Part shown: positions 1 to 12,781 of the stretch, piece by piece
Numbering within the stretch: position 1 is the first letter of the stretch
Layout of the letters: each line of letters starts with the position of its first letter
Notes under the pieces: generated by a model
What the model was told of the DNA's origin: nothing
The model's database searches: none
The model's input: the letters and a program-made list of their open reading frames with translations, nothing else
Translations under genes and position numbers: made by a program
Assembly (NCBI GenBank): GCA_045863315.1
Contig: BTUX01000001.1
Location: 6,611-70,610, forward strand
Length of the DNA stretch: 64,000 nucleotides
DNA from: Candidatus Hydrogenedentota bacterium
GTDB lineage: Bacteria; Hydrogenedentota; Hydrogenedentia; Hydrogenedentales; SLHB01
Reading direction: 5' to 3'

Positions 1-308
1 CGGACACCATTCTATGGGAGGTGCGCGAACTCGTCCACGGCGATCCCGCGATCATGGACCGCAAATCGCCCTACATGCGGGCCGCGCTGGACGCGCTCAA
101 GGCGGTATTCGGCACCGACCCCATCTTCCGTCGCGAAGGCGGCAGTGTGCCCATCGTGAGCCTGCTGCAACAAAAGCTGAAAGCCGACTCCGTCATGCTC
201 GGATTCGCGCTGCCGGACGACGGCATCCACGGCCCCAACGAACGGCAGTACCTGCCCAATTTCTTCCGCGGCATCGAGACCTATATTCATTTCATGGCAA
301 CGCTCTAA
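1..308 (+). CDS. M20-family metallopeptidase (ArgE/DapE/CPG2-like), C-terminal fragment; 5' end outside window
   Basis: Open frame runs from window edge to TAA at 306-308. The C-terminal 95 aa (SVPIVSLLQ...FALPDDGIHGPNE...) resembles the C-terminus of M20 dipeptidases. Confidence 0.45.
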   Translation, partial: DTILWEVRELVHGDPAIMDRKSPYMRAALDALKAVFGTDPIFRREGGSVPIVSLLQQKLKADSVMLGFALPDDGIHGPNERQYLPNFFRGIETYIHFMATL

Positions 309-311
309 GAG

Positions 312-1655
312 ATGGACACCAACGAAACCCAACCCGCGCCGCCGCCCTCGACCTGGCGGGACCTCTACAAACTTGAAGACTGGTGGGCGGTCTGGCTCGG
401 ACTCTTCCTCCTGGGGACGGTCGCGGAGGGATGGGTGACCAAGGTTCCCAAATTGCCGGACTGGCAGTGGGGATCGCTGGCCGCGACATACACCCCGTCC
501 ATGGTTCCGCCGATCGTTGGGCTGGCCGGCGCCCTGGGAATTCTGTACCTGTCCGCCGTCCTCATCTTCGATCGCCGCACGGCCAAGTTCTATCTTCCGG
601 CGTTCTTGGTCGTGTTCTTCCTCGCTTGCGTGGCCTTTCTGTTTGCCAAGGAAAAAAGCGTCAAAGCGGCCGACATCCCCTACGTCTTCTGGGCGTTGGC
701 CCTTGGCATGCTCATCAGCAACACCTTCGGCGCGCCCAAATGGCTGCTCACCGCCGCGCGCACGGAGTTCTATATCAAGACCGGCCTCGTCGTCTTCGGC
801 GCTGAAATCCTCATGGGCAAGATGTTCCATTTCGGCCTGTACGGCATCGCCATCTCCTGGCTCGTTGCGCCGACGGTTATGGTCTTGATGTGGCTGTACG
901 GCACGCGGGTGCTGAAAATGGGCAACAAACCCCTCGTGATGGTGCTGGCCGCTGAAACCGCTGTGTGCGGCGTCTCCGCCGCGATTGCCGCCGGCGCCGC
1001 ATGCAAGGCGAAGAAGGACGACTTGACCGTGGCGATTGGGGTCGGGCTTATCTTCACCGTGCTCATGATGATTGGAATGCCGCCCCTCGCGAAGATGATG
1101 GGCATGAGCGATCTGTTGGCGGGCGCTTGGCTCGGCGGCACCATCGATGCAACCGGCGCGGTCGTCGCCGCGGGCCATGCGCTGGGACCGGAGGCCGAAG
1201 CGGCGGCCGCCATCGTGAAAATGATTCAGAATATTCTGATCGGCGTCGTTGCGTTTACCGTGGCGGTGTTCTGGGTCGGCGCAGTGGAACGAAATTCCCA
1301 CGCGCCACGCCCCTCGCTCCTCGAGATCTGGTACCGCCTGCCCAAGTTCATCCTGGGATTCGTCGTCGCCTCCGTTGTGGCCTCCATTGTCGCCACGACG
1401 CCCGCAGGCGCCGAATGGGTCGACACGTCCATCAAACAGTCCAAAGAATTCCGCGAATGGCTGTTTTGTCTCGCCTTTATTTCGATTGGGCTCGAGTCGA
1501 ACTTGCGCGATCTGTGGCGCCAGATGAGCGGCGGCAAACCGCTCACCCTATACCTCGTCGGACAGGGCGCGAACATCGTGTTGACGCTGATCGTCGCGTG
1601 GCTGGTATTGAGCGGCGCGATCTTCCCTGCGCCCGAAGCGTTGGTCCAACGATGA
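312..1655 (+). CDS. Polytopic inner-membrane protein, YeiH/UPF0324-like putative transporter
   Basis: 447 aa with about 10-12 hydrophobic helices. A TAVCGVSAAIAAGAA segment resembles the conserved CG(A/V)SA motif of the YeiH family. ATG lies 3 nt after the upstream stop. Confidence 0.4.
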   Translation: MDTNETQPAPPPSTWRDLYKLEDWWAVWLGLFLLGTVAEGWVTKVPKLPDWQWGSLAATYTPSMVPPIVGLAGALGILYLSAVLIFDRRTAKFYLPAFLVVFFLACVAFLFAKEKSVKAADIPYVFWALALGMLISNTFGAPKWLLTAARTEFYIKTGLVVFGAEILMGKMFHFGLYGIAISWLVAPTVMVLMWLYGTRVLKMGNKPLVMVLAAETAVCGVSAAIAAGAACKAKKDDLTVAIGVGLIFTVLMMIGMPPLAKMMGMSDLLAGAWLGGTIDATGAVVAAGHALGPEAEAAAAIVKMIQNILIGVVAFTVAVFWVGAVERNSHAPRPSLLEIWYRLPKFILGFVVASVVASIVATTPAGAEWVDTSIKQSKEFREWLFCLAFISIGLESNLRDLWRQMSGGKPLTLYLVGQGANIVLTLIVAWLVLSGAIFPAPEALVQR

Positions 1656-1871
1656 TGCGGACCGTGCGCAACGTCGGCATTTGCGCGGCGGCGATCGGCG
1701 TCGCCATACTGCTGCTTTCTACGGTCCTGCCATGGTTGAGCCAGAACGGGTACGCGGGCCAAGTGATTCAACGCAACTATCGCGATACCATCGATGCCAC
1801 CCCATTGTTCTACACCGAATGCGAACGCACCGCGGAAATCTCGCGCACGGTCGCAAGCCGACGGAGTCCGC

Positions 1872-3056
1872 ATGGCCGGTAGCGAAACGGGAGCAGTTCG
1901 CGTTCGCGGCACGCTGCTGGGCGAGAACACGCCGAACGATATTGTAGTTCGCGGCGGCAGGATTGCGTCGATCGCGCCCGCGGGCAAACAGCGACCTGAC
2001 GCGGGATCCTCGAAGACGATCATCGCGCCGACGCTGTTCGACATTCAGATCAACGGCTGCGGCGGTCACGACCTTCAGCGGCCGGATGTAACGCCGGCAA
2101 CCGTCGCGCGAGTCAGCGACGAGCTGGCGAAAGCAGGCGTATCGCACTGGATTCCGACCTTCATCACGGCGTCGCTTCGCGATCTTGAGCATGGATGCCG
2201 AGTCATTGCGGAAACCCTGCGGGATCGCGCGATGGCGAGGCGCATCCCGGGCGTACACATCGAGGGGCCTTATATCTCGCCGGAGGACGGCCCGCGCGGG
2301 GCCCACGCGAAACGCCACGTGCGCAAACCGGACCTGCGCGAGTTCGATCGCCTGTACAAGGCCGCGGACGGCAAGGTGGCGTACATCACCACTGCGCCCG
2401 AGTTGCCCGGGGCGATTCCGTTCATCAAGGAAGTCGCGTCGCGCGGCGTGGTGGTGTCGCTCGGGCATCACAACGCCACGCCCGACCAGATTCGGCGCGC
2501 AGTGGACGCCGGCGCGCGCCTCTGCACGCACCTCGGCAATGGGCTCGCCGCGCAAATCAACCGCCACCACAACCCGCTCTGGCCGCAACTCGCCGACGAC
2601 CGGCTCGCATGTTCGCTGATCCCCGACCTCGAACATCTGCCCGCGGACGTTTTGAAGATCTTCACACGAGTCAAGGGGCCGCAGGCCTGCATCTTTACAT
2701 CCGACGCCGTACACCTCGCGGGGATGAAACCGGGCCGCTACCAACTCGGCGAGATGCCGGTGGAACTCAAACGGAGCGGCCGGATTTGTCTGGTGGGCAC
2801 CGAACTGTTGGCGGGAAGCGCGATTGGTCTGTTGCAAGGAATCGTCAATGCGGCGCACGTCACGGACTTCAGTCTGAAACATGCCTTCGCTTCCGCGACG
2901 ACCGTCCCCGCGAAACTGTTCCGGCTACCCTACCGCTTCCCGCCTCCTGCCGTCGGCGCACCGGCCAGCTTCATCGCATTCGACATCGTCCCGGCGAGGA
3001 ACCGCCCGCGCGCGGTCCCCCAAGCCGTCTTCATAGACGGCAAACGCTATGCCTGA
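1872..3056 (+). CDS. nagA: N-acetylglucosamine-6-phosphate deacetylase
   Basis: Motifs FDIQINGCGG, HIEGPY and HLGNG are collinear with NagA amidohydrolases. Start placed at ATG 1872 (MAGSE...) rather than the in-frame upstream ATG 1794. Confidence 0.8.
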   Translation: MAGSETGAVRVRGTLLGENTPNDIVVRGGRIASIAPAGKQRPDAGSSKTIIAPTLFDIQINGCGGHDLQRPDVTPATVARVSDELAKAGVSHWIPTFITASLRDLEHGCRVIAETLRDRAMARRIPGVHIEGPYISPEDGPRGAHAKRHVRKPDLREFDRLYKAADGKVAYITTAPELPGAIPFIKEVASRGVVVSLGHHNATPDQIRRAVDAGARLCTHLGNGLAAQINRHHNPLWPQLADDRLACSLIPDLEHLPADVLKIFTRVKGPQACIFTSDAVHLAGMKPGRYQLGEMPVELKRSGRICLVGTELLAGSAIGLLQGIVNAAHVTDFSLKHAFASATTVPAKLFRLPYRFPPPAVGAPASFIAFDIVPARNRPRAVPQAVFIDGKRYA

Positions 3057-3117
3057 CCCCGGCTCCGCAAAACTTTCGTCCAGACCGTCCGTTCAGTCCC
3101 TTGCTTCAGCGCGGCCC

Positions 3118-6100
3118 CTACCCAAGCTCATGCCTCCGCGAGAGGTAGTACAGAATCGGCACCGTCATGCGCGACAGCAACAGCGAAGCAACTTCACCCG
3201 CCATGAGCGAAATCGCCAACCCCTGAAATATCGGATCGAAAAGGATTACCGACGCCCCCACCACGACCGCCGCCGCCGTCAGCATCATTGGCCGAAAACG
3301 CACCGCGCCCGCATCGATCACCGCTTCGGCCAAAGGCATGCCTTGTTGCAGGCGCAACTCGACGAAGTCGACCAGGATGATTGAGTTGCGCACGACGATG
3401 CCCGCACCCGCAATAAAACCAATCATCGACGTCGCGGTGAAGAACGCCCCCATCAGCCAGTGCGCGGGCAGAATCCCTACCAGCGAAAACGGAATCGCCG
3501 CCATAATCACAAACGGCGTCTTCATTGACTGAAACCACCCCACCACCAAAATGAAAATCAGCACCAGCACGGCGGCAAAGGCCAGACCCAAATCGCGAAA
3601 CACTTCAATCGTGATGTGCCACTCCCCGTCCCACTTCACCGCAAACTTCTCGGCGGAAAACGGCTGGCCGGCCGAATACTGCTCGATACCGTAGCCCTCC
3701 GGAATCTCGAGCTTGCCCACAGCATCCATCATCGAAAGAATGACGTACACGGGGCTCTCCGCCGTCCCGCCGACGTCGCCCGTCACGTACACCACCGGCA
3801 TGAGGTTCTTGTGGTAAATGCTCTTGTCCTGAATCGTCTCTTCGATGCGAACAAGCTCGCCGAGCGACACAAGATCGCCTTGTGCGCCCTCCACTTTGAT
3901 GCTCTTCAGCCCTTCCAGATTCGACCGCTGCCCTCGCTCAAGACGCACGAAAATCGCCACATCTTCCTTCTCGTCCGGCATATGCACGAGCCCCGCGCCC
4001 ATCCCGCCCAATGCGATTCGGAGAGTCGCTGAAATCCGGTCCACCGACACGCCGTTGAGCGCGGCCTTCTCCTGGTCGATCTCGAAACGGTACTTCGTTT
4101 GATCGTCTTCGACGTACCAATCCACGTCTACCACGCCCTCGACTCGCTCGAACACATCGAGGACCTGTCGCGCAATCTCGATTTGCCGCTGGTAGTCTGA
4201 CCCGTAAATCTCCGCGACCAAGGTCTGCAACACCGGCGGGCCCGGCGGCACCTCGGCTATCTTCACGCGCGCGTTGTGGCGCTTCGCTATCGCCTGCACC
4301 TCCGGCCGCACGCGCTTGGCAATATCGTGACTTTGGGCATCGCGAGCGTCCTTCGACGCCAGGTTGACTTGGATGTCCGCTACGTTGGGTCCGCTACGCA
4401 AAAAATAGTGCCGCACAAGTCCATTGAAGTTGTGTGGGGAAGCAGCGCCAACGTACATCTGATAGTTGGCCACTTCCGGAACCTGGCGGATGTAATCGGC
4501 GATTTCGCGGGTGACCGCCGCGGTTTCCTCCAGGGTCGTTCCTTCGGGCATATCAATAACGATTTGAAATTCGCTCTTGTTGTCGAACGGCAGCATCTTC
4601 ACCAGCACACGCTGCAGCGGGACCAGCGCGCAGGCCGCGAACAATAGGAGCAGGACCAGCCCGAGAAATCCGTATCGCACGGGCGCATGAAGGAGCAACG
4701 GGCGCATTACGCGCCGGTACACTCGGTCCATCCAGTTTTCGGAATGTCCGTGTCCGCTCGTTGACGCCGGTTTGCCCTTCAGCAGCCGCACCGCCGCCCA
4801 CGGCGTGACAATGAACGACACAAACACGGAAAACACCATCGCCGCCGACGCCCCCACGGGAATCGGCTCCATGTACGGCCCCATCAGCCCCCGCACAAAC
4901 GCCATCGGCAATATCGCCGCGATCACGGTGATCGTCGCGAGCAGCGTCGGGTTGCCGACCTCGTCCACCGCCTCGACCGCCACCTCGTTCCTCGACATCG
5001 ACGCGCTTTCGGGCAGCGCGTAGTGGCGCACAATGTTCTCGACCACCACGATGGCGTCGTCGACCAGAATGCCGATCGAAAAAATCAGCGCGAACAAGGT
5101 CACGCGGTTGATCGTGTAGCCGTAGAAATAGAACACCACGAGGGTCAGCGCAAGCGTGACCGGGATCGCGATGGCGACCGTGCCGGACTCGCGAATGCCG
5201 AGCGTCAACGCGATCAAGATCGACACCGACACAACCGCAAGCAACATGTGGTACAGCAGTTCGTTCGATTTTTCCTGGGCGGTCTCGCCGTAATTTCGGG
5301 TCGCCGTGACGAGCACCCCGGACGGCACCACCTTGCCGCCAAGCTCGCGCACCTTCTCCATCACGGCGTGCGCCACTGTCGTCGCATTGGTGCCTTTGCG
5401 CTTGGCGACCGAAAGCGTCACGGCGGGTGTAGGCTCGTTGCCCGAATGCAGATTCTCGTCGGACCCCAACACGTCATGACCGCCCGGCCCTGACCCTCGG
5501 CCATAGAAGACGTAGTCCACCGGCTCCTGCGGTCCGTCCACGATATCCGCCACATCCCGCAAATACACGGGTTTTCCCTCGTGCACACCGACGACTACGC
5601 TGCCGACCGCTTCCGTATCGGCGAGAAAGCCGCCCGTCTCGACCAGAAACTCGCAGTTGTTCGAGGAAAAGCTCCCCGAAAGCACCTGTTGATTGGCTTG
5701 CGTCAGCTTCGAGACGACGCCCGCGGGCGCCACGCGGTACGCCGCCATCTTCACCGTATCGAGCACGACCTGCGCCTGTCGCCGCTGCCCGCCGATGATC
5801 TTCACCTCGGACACGTTCGGCACTTCCTTGATCGCATCGTGCAATTGCGCGGCGATCCGGCGGAGCATGTAGTGGTCGTACTGCGCGCTGGCCAGCGTCA
5901 ACGCGAGAATCGGCACGTCATCGATCGAACGCGGCTTGACCAGCGGCTCGCTGCCGCCCGGCGGGATCAAATCGAAATTCGCGAACAGCTTCTGGTTCAG
6001 ACGCACAATCGCGTCTTCTTCGTTCTCGCCCACGTAGAACCGCACAACGGTCATCGACTGGCCCGGACTCGACGTCGAGTAAATGTACTCGACGCCCGGA

Positions 6101-6354
6101 ATCTCCCAGATCAGCTTTTCCATCGGCTTCGTGATACGCTCGGCAACCTCCTTCGCGCCCGCCCCCGGCATCTGCACGAAAATGTCGATCATCGGTACGA
6201 TGATCTGCGGCTCTTCCTCGCGCGGCAACACCACCACCGCACCCAACCCCAGCAACAACGACGCGCCTATCAGCAGCGGCGTGAGTTTGGAATCGATGAA
6301 CGCGTGCGCAATGGACCCCGCCAAACCGCGTTTCTTGCCTTCCCCCAAATTCAT
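3118..6354 (-). CDS. RND efflux transporter permease subunit (AcrB/CzcA family)
   Basis: 1078 aa with 12-TM RND topology and two large periplasmic loops. Family resemblance is strong across the full length. Confidence 0.9.
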   Translation of the reverse strand: MNLGEGKKRGLAGSIAHAFIDSKLTPLLIGASLLLGLGAVVVLPREEEPQIIVPMIDIFVQMPGAGAKEVAERITKPMEKLIWEIPGVEYIYSTSSPGQSMTVVRFYVGENEEDAIVRLNQKLFANFDLIPPGGSEPLVKPRSIDDVPILALTLASAQYDHYMLRRIAAQLHDAIKEVPNVSEVKIIGGQRRQAQVVLDTVKMAAYRVAPAGVVSKLTQANQQVLSGSFSSNNCEFLVETGGFLADTEAVGSVVVGVHEGKPVYLRDVADIVDGPQEPVDYVFYGRGSGPGGHDVLGSDENLHSGNEPTPAVTLSVAKRKGTNATTVAHAVMEKVRELGGKVVPSGVLVTATRNYGETAQEKSNELLYHMLLAVVSVSILIALTLGIRESGTVAIAIPVTLALTLVVFYFYGYTINRVTLFALIFSIGILVDDAIVVVENIVRHYALPESASMSRNEVAVEAVDEVGNPTLLATITVIAAILPMAFVRGLMGPYMEPIPVGASAAMVFSVFVSFIVTPWAAVRLLKGKPASTSGHGHSENWMDRVYRRVMRPLLLHAPVRYGFLGLVLLLLFAACALVPLQRVLVKMLPFDNKSEFQIVIDMPEGTTLEETAAVTREIADYIRQVPEVANYQMYVGAASPHNFNGLVRHYFLRSGPNVADIQVNLASKDARDAQSHDIAKRVRPEVQAIAKRHNARVKIAEVPPGPPVLQTLVAEIYGSDYQRQIEIARQVLDVFERVEGVVDVDWYVEDDQTKYRFEIDQEKAALNGVSVDRISATLRIALGGMGAGLVHMPDEKEDVAIFVRLERGQRSNLEGLKSIKVEGAQGDLVSLGELVRIEETIQDKSIYHKNLMPVVYVTGDVGGTAESPVYVILSMMDAVGKLEIPEGYGIEQYSAGQPFSAEKFAVKWDGEWHITIEVFRDLGLAFAAVLVLIFILVVGWFQSMKTPFVIMAAIPFSLVGILPAHWLMGAFFTATSMIGFIAGAGIVVRNSIILVDFVELRLQQGMPLAEAVIDAGAVRFRPMMLTAAAVVVGASVILFDPIFQGLAISLMAGEVASLLLSRMTVPILYYLSRRHELG

Positions 6355-6356
6355 GG

Positions 6357-7568
6357 TCAGCCCAGCGGGGTCACCCGGCTTCCGTCGGCGATACCCGGCG
6401 GCAATTCGGCGACGTACCGCTCGCCCTCACCCAAACCCGACAACACTTCTACGCCGTCGCCCAACGACCGGCCCGTCTTGACGAGACGAAGTTTCGCCAC
6501 CCCGTTCCCGTCGACCACGTAGACCCCGGTAAGCTGCCCCCGGACCGTCACCGCGGATTTCGGCACCGACAAAGTCCGCGATTCGCCCGCGGCAAACCGC
6601 GCGCGCCCGAACATGCCCGACCACAGCCCCTCCCGGGAAGGCAAATCAATCTTGACGGTAACGGTCCGGCTCGATGGGTCCGCCGCGGGAACGACTTCCG
6701 ATACGGTCCCTTCCATCGGCAGCGAGCCCAACGCATCCACCTCCACCGACGCGGGCGAACCCACCCCGACAAGACCCGCCGACGCCACATCGACGCTCGC
6801 CTCCAGCCGGTACCCTTGGTCGTCCTCAATCGTCAGGAGCGTCATGCCCGGCGAAGCCAAATCCCCCACATCGACACTCTTGCCGGTAATCAGCCCGGTA
6901 AAGGGCGCGGTCACCCGGGTATCACTCAGCCGCACCCGCGCAGCGTCCAGTGCCGACTCCGCCTGCTCGACCCCCGCCGCAACCTGCGCGCGTTTCGCCT
7001 CGACCGCCTTCAACGTCTGCGCCGCCGCCTCCGCCGTCGCTGCGGCGGCCTTCAGTTGGGCGTCCGCCTCGTCGAAAACCTGTTTGCTGATCACGTTCTT
7101 GTCGAACAGGCTCCGCTGGCGTTCAAACGTCGCACGGGCGAGATCGCGTCGCGCATCCGCCGCGTCCCGGGCGGACGCCGCGGCCGCAATGGACCGTTCG
7201 ACCTCCTCGAGGGCCCGCCGCGCCTCGGCCACGCCGGCCTCGGCCATGCGCAAGTCCGCCGCCGCGCCGCGCTCGTCAATCTCGACGAGAACCTGCTGCG
7301 CCTCGACCCGATCGCCCGGCGCAACATGCACCGCAAGCACATGGCCCACCGCCTTGCATTGAACGGCGGCAGAAGTTTTCGACCGCACGGTCCCGACATA
7401 CTCGCGCACACCCTGCGCGGACGCCGCCTCGACCGTCGCCACGCGCGCGGTTACCGCAGGCGCCGCTTCGGCCCCGTGGGGCTTCGGCGCGTGCCCTCCG
7501 CCGCAACCCCACGCGACGAAGGCCAACACTGTCCCGCATCCGACACCGATGCGCGCAGCCATTTCCAT
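6357..7568 (-). CDS. RND efflux periplasmic adaptor subunit (HlyD-like membrane fusion protein)
   Basis: 403 aa, N-terminal signal with GCGGG, Ala-rich coiled-coil region and beta-barrel domain. Its stop lies 2 nt before the RND permease start, so the two form an operon. Confidence 0.8.
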   Translation of the reverse strand: MEMAARIGVGCGTVLAFVAWGCGGGHAPKPHGAEAAPAVTARVATVEAASAQGVREYVGTVRSKTSAAVQCKAVGHVLAVHVAPGDRVEAQQVLVEIDERGAAADLRMAEAGVAEARRALEEVERSIAAAASARDAADARRDLARATFERQRSLFDKNVISKQVFDEADAQLKAAAATAEAAAQTLKAVEAKRAQVAAGVEQAESALDAARVRLSDTRVTAPFTGLITGKSVDVGDLASPGMTLLTIEDDQGYRLEASVDVASAGLVGVGSPASVEVDALGSLPMEGTVSEVVPAADPSSRTVTVKIDLPSREGLWSGMFGRARFAAGESRTLSVPKSAVTVRGQLTGVYVVDGNGVAKLRLVKTGRSLGDGVEVLSGLGEGERYVAELPPGIADGSRVTPLG

Positions 7569-7747
7569 TCCCCTGCTGGATCGCTCCCGCTTCCTCGCGG
7601 AAGTTCTACAAGTCTACTTGTTTGAAGTATACCAGAATCATCGATTCCGCTTGCGCCGCAAGTGCGCCCGGATGCGCCACTATGCTAGGATTTCCCGCGT
7701 ATTGGCGTGATCGATGTTCGATTCGTCCCCGCCGCAAGAAGGAGCAA

Positions 7748-9451
7748 ATGAGCATGGTCCCTCGCACGCACCTCCCTGCGCACTTCACCGCCGCCTTCCT
7801 CATCCTCGCGGCCTTCGGCTGTGGCGGCCCCACGCCGGCCCGCCAAACCGGCCCTACCGAGTCGCCGGGGCAACCGGCGCCTACGGCCGCCAACACACAA
7901 ACAACGAACGTTGAGCCGCAACCCGGTGATTGGCTGGTCGAAAACCTCGGCGCCGAACCGGCACTTCTCAATCCGATTCTCGACCTCGTCGACGCGGGCG
8001 GCCGCTACATCTGTTCTCGCATCTTCGATACCTTGATTGACTTGGACAACGAGACGCTCGAGTTTATTCCAAATATCGCCGAGAAATGGGAAATTTCGGA
8101 CGATCACCTCGTCTACACGTTCTACTTGCGAAAAGACGCCGTCTATTCGGACGGCGTACCCGTAACGGCCCACGACGTGAAGTTCACTTACGACCTCATC
8201 AAAAATCCCGCCGTCGACGCCGCCGCGGCCCGCAGCTACTTTGTCGATGTTCAGTCCGCGGAACTCGTGGACGACTACACGATCCGGTTTACATGCGTAA
8301 AGCCTTATTTCCGGCACATCCTGACGCTCGGCGCGCTTGAGCCGATTCCTCGTCACGTCTATGGGCAAGGCGATTTCAACCGCCACCCCAATAACCGGCA
8401 TCCCATCGGTTCCGGCCCCTACAAGTTCGAAAAATGGGAAACGGGGCAGCAGATTTCACTGGTCCGAAACGAGCGCTACTGGGGCCCAAAACCCATGCTA
8501 GACAGGCACGTCCTGAAAATCATCACGGACGATAACGCATCCTTCCAAGTCCTGGAACGACACGAGATCGACATCATGCAGATGCAACCCGAGATGTGGA
8601 AACGCCGCGCATCGACACCGCAGTTTGAGAGAGAGTTTGCGAAACTGACCCCACAATCGCCCATACCGGGCTATCTGAGCCGCTTCGGATACATCGGATG
8701 GAACATGCGCAAACCGCAATTCGAAGACAAGCGCGTACGCAGGGCCTTGACGATGCTGCTGGACCGGCAAACCATACTGGATCGAATCTACATGGGGCTG
8801 GGTACGCTGATTTCGGGAGATTGCTTCCCGGGCGAACCTGAATACAATCCCAACGTGAAGCCGCTTCCGTTCGCGCCGCAGGAAGCCGTGAAGTTGCTCG
8901 AACAAGCGGGTTGGATCGATGCCGACCGAGACGGCGTTCGCGAGAAAAACGGCGTACCGTTCACCTTCGAGTTGTCCTACGCCGCCGACATCCCCGAATA
9001 CGACCGCATGGCGACGGTCTATCAAGAGGAACTCACCCGCGCGGGCATCAAGATGTCTCCACGCCCGCTCGAGTGGGCCGTCTTTCAAGAGCGCGTACAG
9101 AAGCGCACGTTTGACGCGTGCATGCTCGCATGGCTGACAACCCCGCTCTATGATCCGTACCAATTGTGGCATTCCAGCCAGGCGGAGGAAGGATCCAATT
9201 ATCCCGGATTCAAGAATGCCGAGGCGGACGCAATCATGGAAAATGCCCGCGTGGAGTTTGATCGGGCCAAGCGCGTGGAAATGTACCACCGGTTCCATGA
9301 GATTCTCGACGAAGAGCAGCCCTATACGTTTCTCTTCAGCCGAAACGGCCTGATTGCGCTGGACAAGCGATTCCAAAACGTGCAGGTATATCCGCTCGGT
9401 CTGGATCCACTCGAATGGTGGGTGCCTGCCGAATTGCGCCGGTATAAATGA
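7748..9451 (+). CDS. ABC transporter substrate-binding protein, family 5 (peptide/nickel; OppA/DppA-like)
   Basis: SBP_bac_5-like sequence throughout with a signal peptide. Start at ATG 7748 (MSMVPRT...) is preceded by AGAAGGAG; the track's 7622 start is probably an upstream extension. Confidence 0.8.
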   Translation: MSMVPRTHLPAHFTAAFLILAAFGCGGPTPARQTGPTESPGQPAPTAANTQTTNVEPQPGDWLVENLGAEPALLNPILDLVDAGGRYICSRIFDTLIDLDNETLEFIPNIAEKWEISDDHLVYTFYLRKDAVYSDGVPVTAHDVKFTYDLIKNPAVDAAAARSYFVDVQSAELVDDYTIRFTCVKPYFRHILTLGALEPIPRHVYGQGDFNRHPNNRHPIGSGPYKFEKWETGQQISLVRNERYWGPKPMLDRHVLKIITDDNASFQVLERHEIDIMQMQPEMWKRRASTPQFEREFAKLTPQSPIPGYLSRFGYIGWNMRKPQFEDKRVRRALTMLLDRQTILDRIYMGLGTLISGDCFPGEPEYNPNVKPLPFAPQEAVKLLEQAGWIDADRDGVREKNGVPFTFELSYAADIPEYDRMATVYQEELTRAGIKMSPRPLEWAVFQERVQKRTFDACMLAWLTTPLYDPYQLWHSSQAEEGSNYPGFKNAEADAIMENARVEFDRAKRVEMYHRFHEILDEEQPYTFLFSRNGLIALDKRFQNVQVYPLGLDPLEWWVPAELRRYK

Positions 9452-9528
9452 CCGGGGTCCCGAAGATGAATTGTAAGGTCGCCGCGCCGCGCAACGATGC
9501 GCCGCCAGCGGGCAAATGGTGAGCGGAC

Positions 9529-10620
9529 GTGAAAGACTACCTGCTTCGCCGGTTCCTTCTGATCGTTCCCACGTTCATCGGCATCAGCCTCGTCACGTTT
9601 CTCGTCGTTCAGTTGGCGCCCGGCAATCCGGTCATGTTGCGGTTGCGCGCCGCCGGCGGCGCCATGGCGTCCGAAGGCGTTACCCAGGAAATCATTGAAC
9701 AAACGAAAAAACTCTACGGACTCGACAAACCCATTCCCGTTCGATACGCGCAATGGCTCGGCCGGCTCGCGACCCTCGATTTCGGCGATTCGTTCAAAGA
9801 CCACCGCCCGGTCCGCTCCAAAATCGCCGAGACGCTCCCCATTACACTCCAAATCAATATCCTGTCCCTGGTCTTCGTGTACCTCATTTCAATACCGGTC
9901 GGCGTGTTCTCCGCCACCCACCGCAACTCGAAACGCGACCGAATGACGAGCGTCACCCTCTTCCTCCTCTACAGCCTGCCGAGTTTCTGGGTGGCCATGC
10001 TGCTCATGTACTTCTTCGGCGGCGGCGGAGGCTCGCGATCTCTCCATTGGCTCTTCGAAAGCCTGTTTTCCACCTGCGGAATACTGGATCGGAAGGCCGT
10101 TCAGTGGCTGCTGAACAGCGTTCTACACTTCAACTGGTTTCCCGTCTTTGGCGTGAACTCCTTCGGCGCGCAGGATTGGCCCTGGCACCGGTGGCTTCTG
10201 GACCGGCTGTGGTATCTCATCCTGCCCGTCTTCTGCCTCAGCTACGCTTCCCTCGCTTCGACATCGCGCTATATGCGCGCAGGCATGATCGAGGCCATCG
10301 GCCAAGACTACGTTCGCACCGCGCGCGCGTATGGGTTTTCCGAGGGAACCGTTGTATACAAGTACGCCATGCGCAACGCACTCATTCCCATCTTGACGCT
10401 CCTTGGCGAAGAACTTCCCCTCCTGATCGGCGGCAGCGTCATCATCGAAAGCATTTTTTCCATACCGGGCATGGGCCGCCTGGCCTTTGAAGCGATCCTG
10501 TCGAGGGACTACCCGCTCATTATGGGTATCCTTTCCATTACCGCGCTTCTCACGCTGCTGGGGCTCATCCTCTCGGACGTTCTGTATGCCCTGACGGACC
10601 CGCGGATCAAATTCGACTGA
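9529..10620 (+). CDS. ABC transporter permease (DppB/OppB-like)
   Basis: 363 aa with 6 TM helices, BPD_transp_1-type permease and a GTG start. Confidence 0.85.
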   Translation: MKDYLLRRFLLIVPTFIGISLVTFLVVQLAPGNPVMLRLRAAGGAMASEGVTQEIIEQTKKLYGLDKPIPVRYAQWLGRLATLDFGDSFKDHRPVRSKIAETLPITLQINILSLVFVYLISIPVGVFSATHRNSKRDRMTSVTLFLLYSLPSFWVAMLLMYFFGGGGGSRSLHWLFESLFSTCGILDRKAVQWLLNSVLHFNWFPVFGVNSFGAQDWPWHRWLLDRLWYLILPVFCLSYASLASTSRYMRAGMIEAIGQDYVRTARAYGFSEGTVVYKYAMRNALIPILTLLGEELPLLIGGSVIIESIFSIPGMGRLAFEAILSRDYPLIMGILSITALLTLLGLILSDVLYALTDPRIKFD

Positions 10621-10629
10621 GCCCCCACG

Positions 10630-11633
10630 ATGGCACCAATCAACTCACAACGCACCAGTTACTGGCAGTTAGTCCGGCGTCAGTTTCGCAAGAACCGGTT
10701 TTCGGTCTTCGCGTTCTGGTTCCTCGCGTTGCTGCTCGTGCTGGCCGTCTTGGCCCCCTTTCTGGCCGGCGACAGGCCCATCATCATGAGGCGCGACGGG
10801 ACGTGGTACTGGTTCCCAAACGTCCTGGAATACAAGGATCTCGTGGACCTGCAAGGGAGATTTCACGAATGGCGGCCCGGCGAGGGAGAATTCGCGTATA
10901 GACCCCCAATACCATACGCGCCGGAGCGTTCGGACCTGTTGCGGGCGCTCGAGGCGCCCAATCGCGAACATTGGCTCGGCACCGACGACCGGGGCCGCGA
11001 TGTCCTGAGCCGCCTCATCTGGGGCACGCGAATCTCGATGAGCGTCGGTTTCGTCGCCGTTGGTATTGCCTGCGTGATCGGCGTGTGCATCGGTGCGCTT
11101 GCCGGGTATTACGGCGGCAAGGTGGATGCGGTCATGCTGCGACTGATCGAGGTCATGAAATGCTTCCCCGTCTTCATCTTCATTCTGACGCTCATCGCCT
11201 TTCTGCCGCAGAGTATCTTCAACATCATGGTCGTGATCGGCGTCACAAGCTGGACGGGCGTCGCGCGGCTGGTCCGCGGCGAGATGCTTCGCCTGCGCGG
11301 GCAGGAATTTGCTGTCGCCGCCAAGGCCGCAGGCCTCGCTGACGCGCGCATCATCTTCCGCCACCTCCTTCCGAATGCGCTCGCTCCCGTCCTTGTATAC
11401 GCCACGTTCGGCGTGGCGAGCGCCATCCTGATTGAAACCGCGCTGAGTTTTCTCGGTTTTGGCGTGCCCCCGCCGATCGCGAGTTGGGGCGAGACGCTTT
11501 CTCAGTCAAAACGGTATATTGACTCCGCGTGGTGGCTCGTGGTGTACCCCGGACTGGCGATTTTCGCGACGGTCACCGCCTTCAACCTCGTGGGCGAAGG
11601 CCTGCGCGACGCCATGGACCCGAGGTTGCGCGA

Positions 11634-11637
<4 letters not shown>
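10630..11637 (+). CDS. ABC transporter permease (DppC/OppC-like)
   Basis: 335 aa, N-terminal OppC-type domain and a permease core with an EAA-like loop. Confidence 0.85.
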
Positions 11638-12674
<1,037 letters not shown>

Positions 12675-12781
12675 CACCATGCGCCGCATTCGACAAGAGA
12701 CGGCCGCAATCGTCAAACGCGGCGCTACGCCGATGCGATCGCACTCGCGACGTCCAACCCCCCGCGTTGTCCCGACAATCC

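Noticed and set aside
12-1301. 429-aa minus-strand ORF covering the peptidase fragment and the membrane-protein gene
   Set aside because: Arg/His/Gly-rich composition typical of antisense frames in high-GC DNA. It overlaps two plus-strand genes that have clear family features.
1719-2882. 387-aa minus-strand ORF antisense to nagA, plus 2195-3148 in an alternative plus frame
   Set aside because: No protein-like features. nagA motifs are unambiguous in the other frame.
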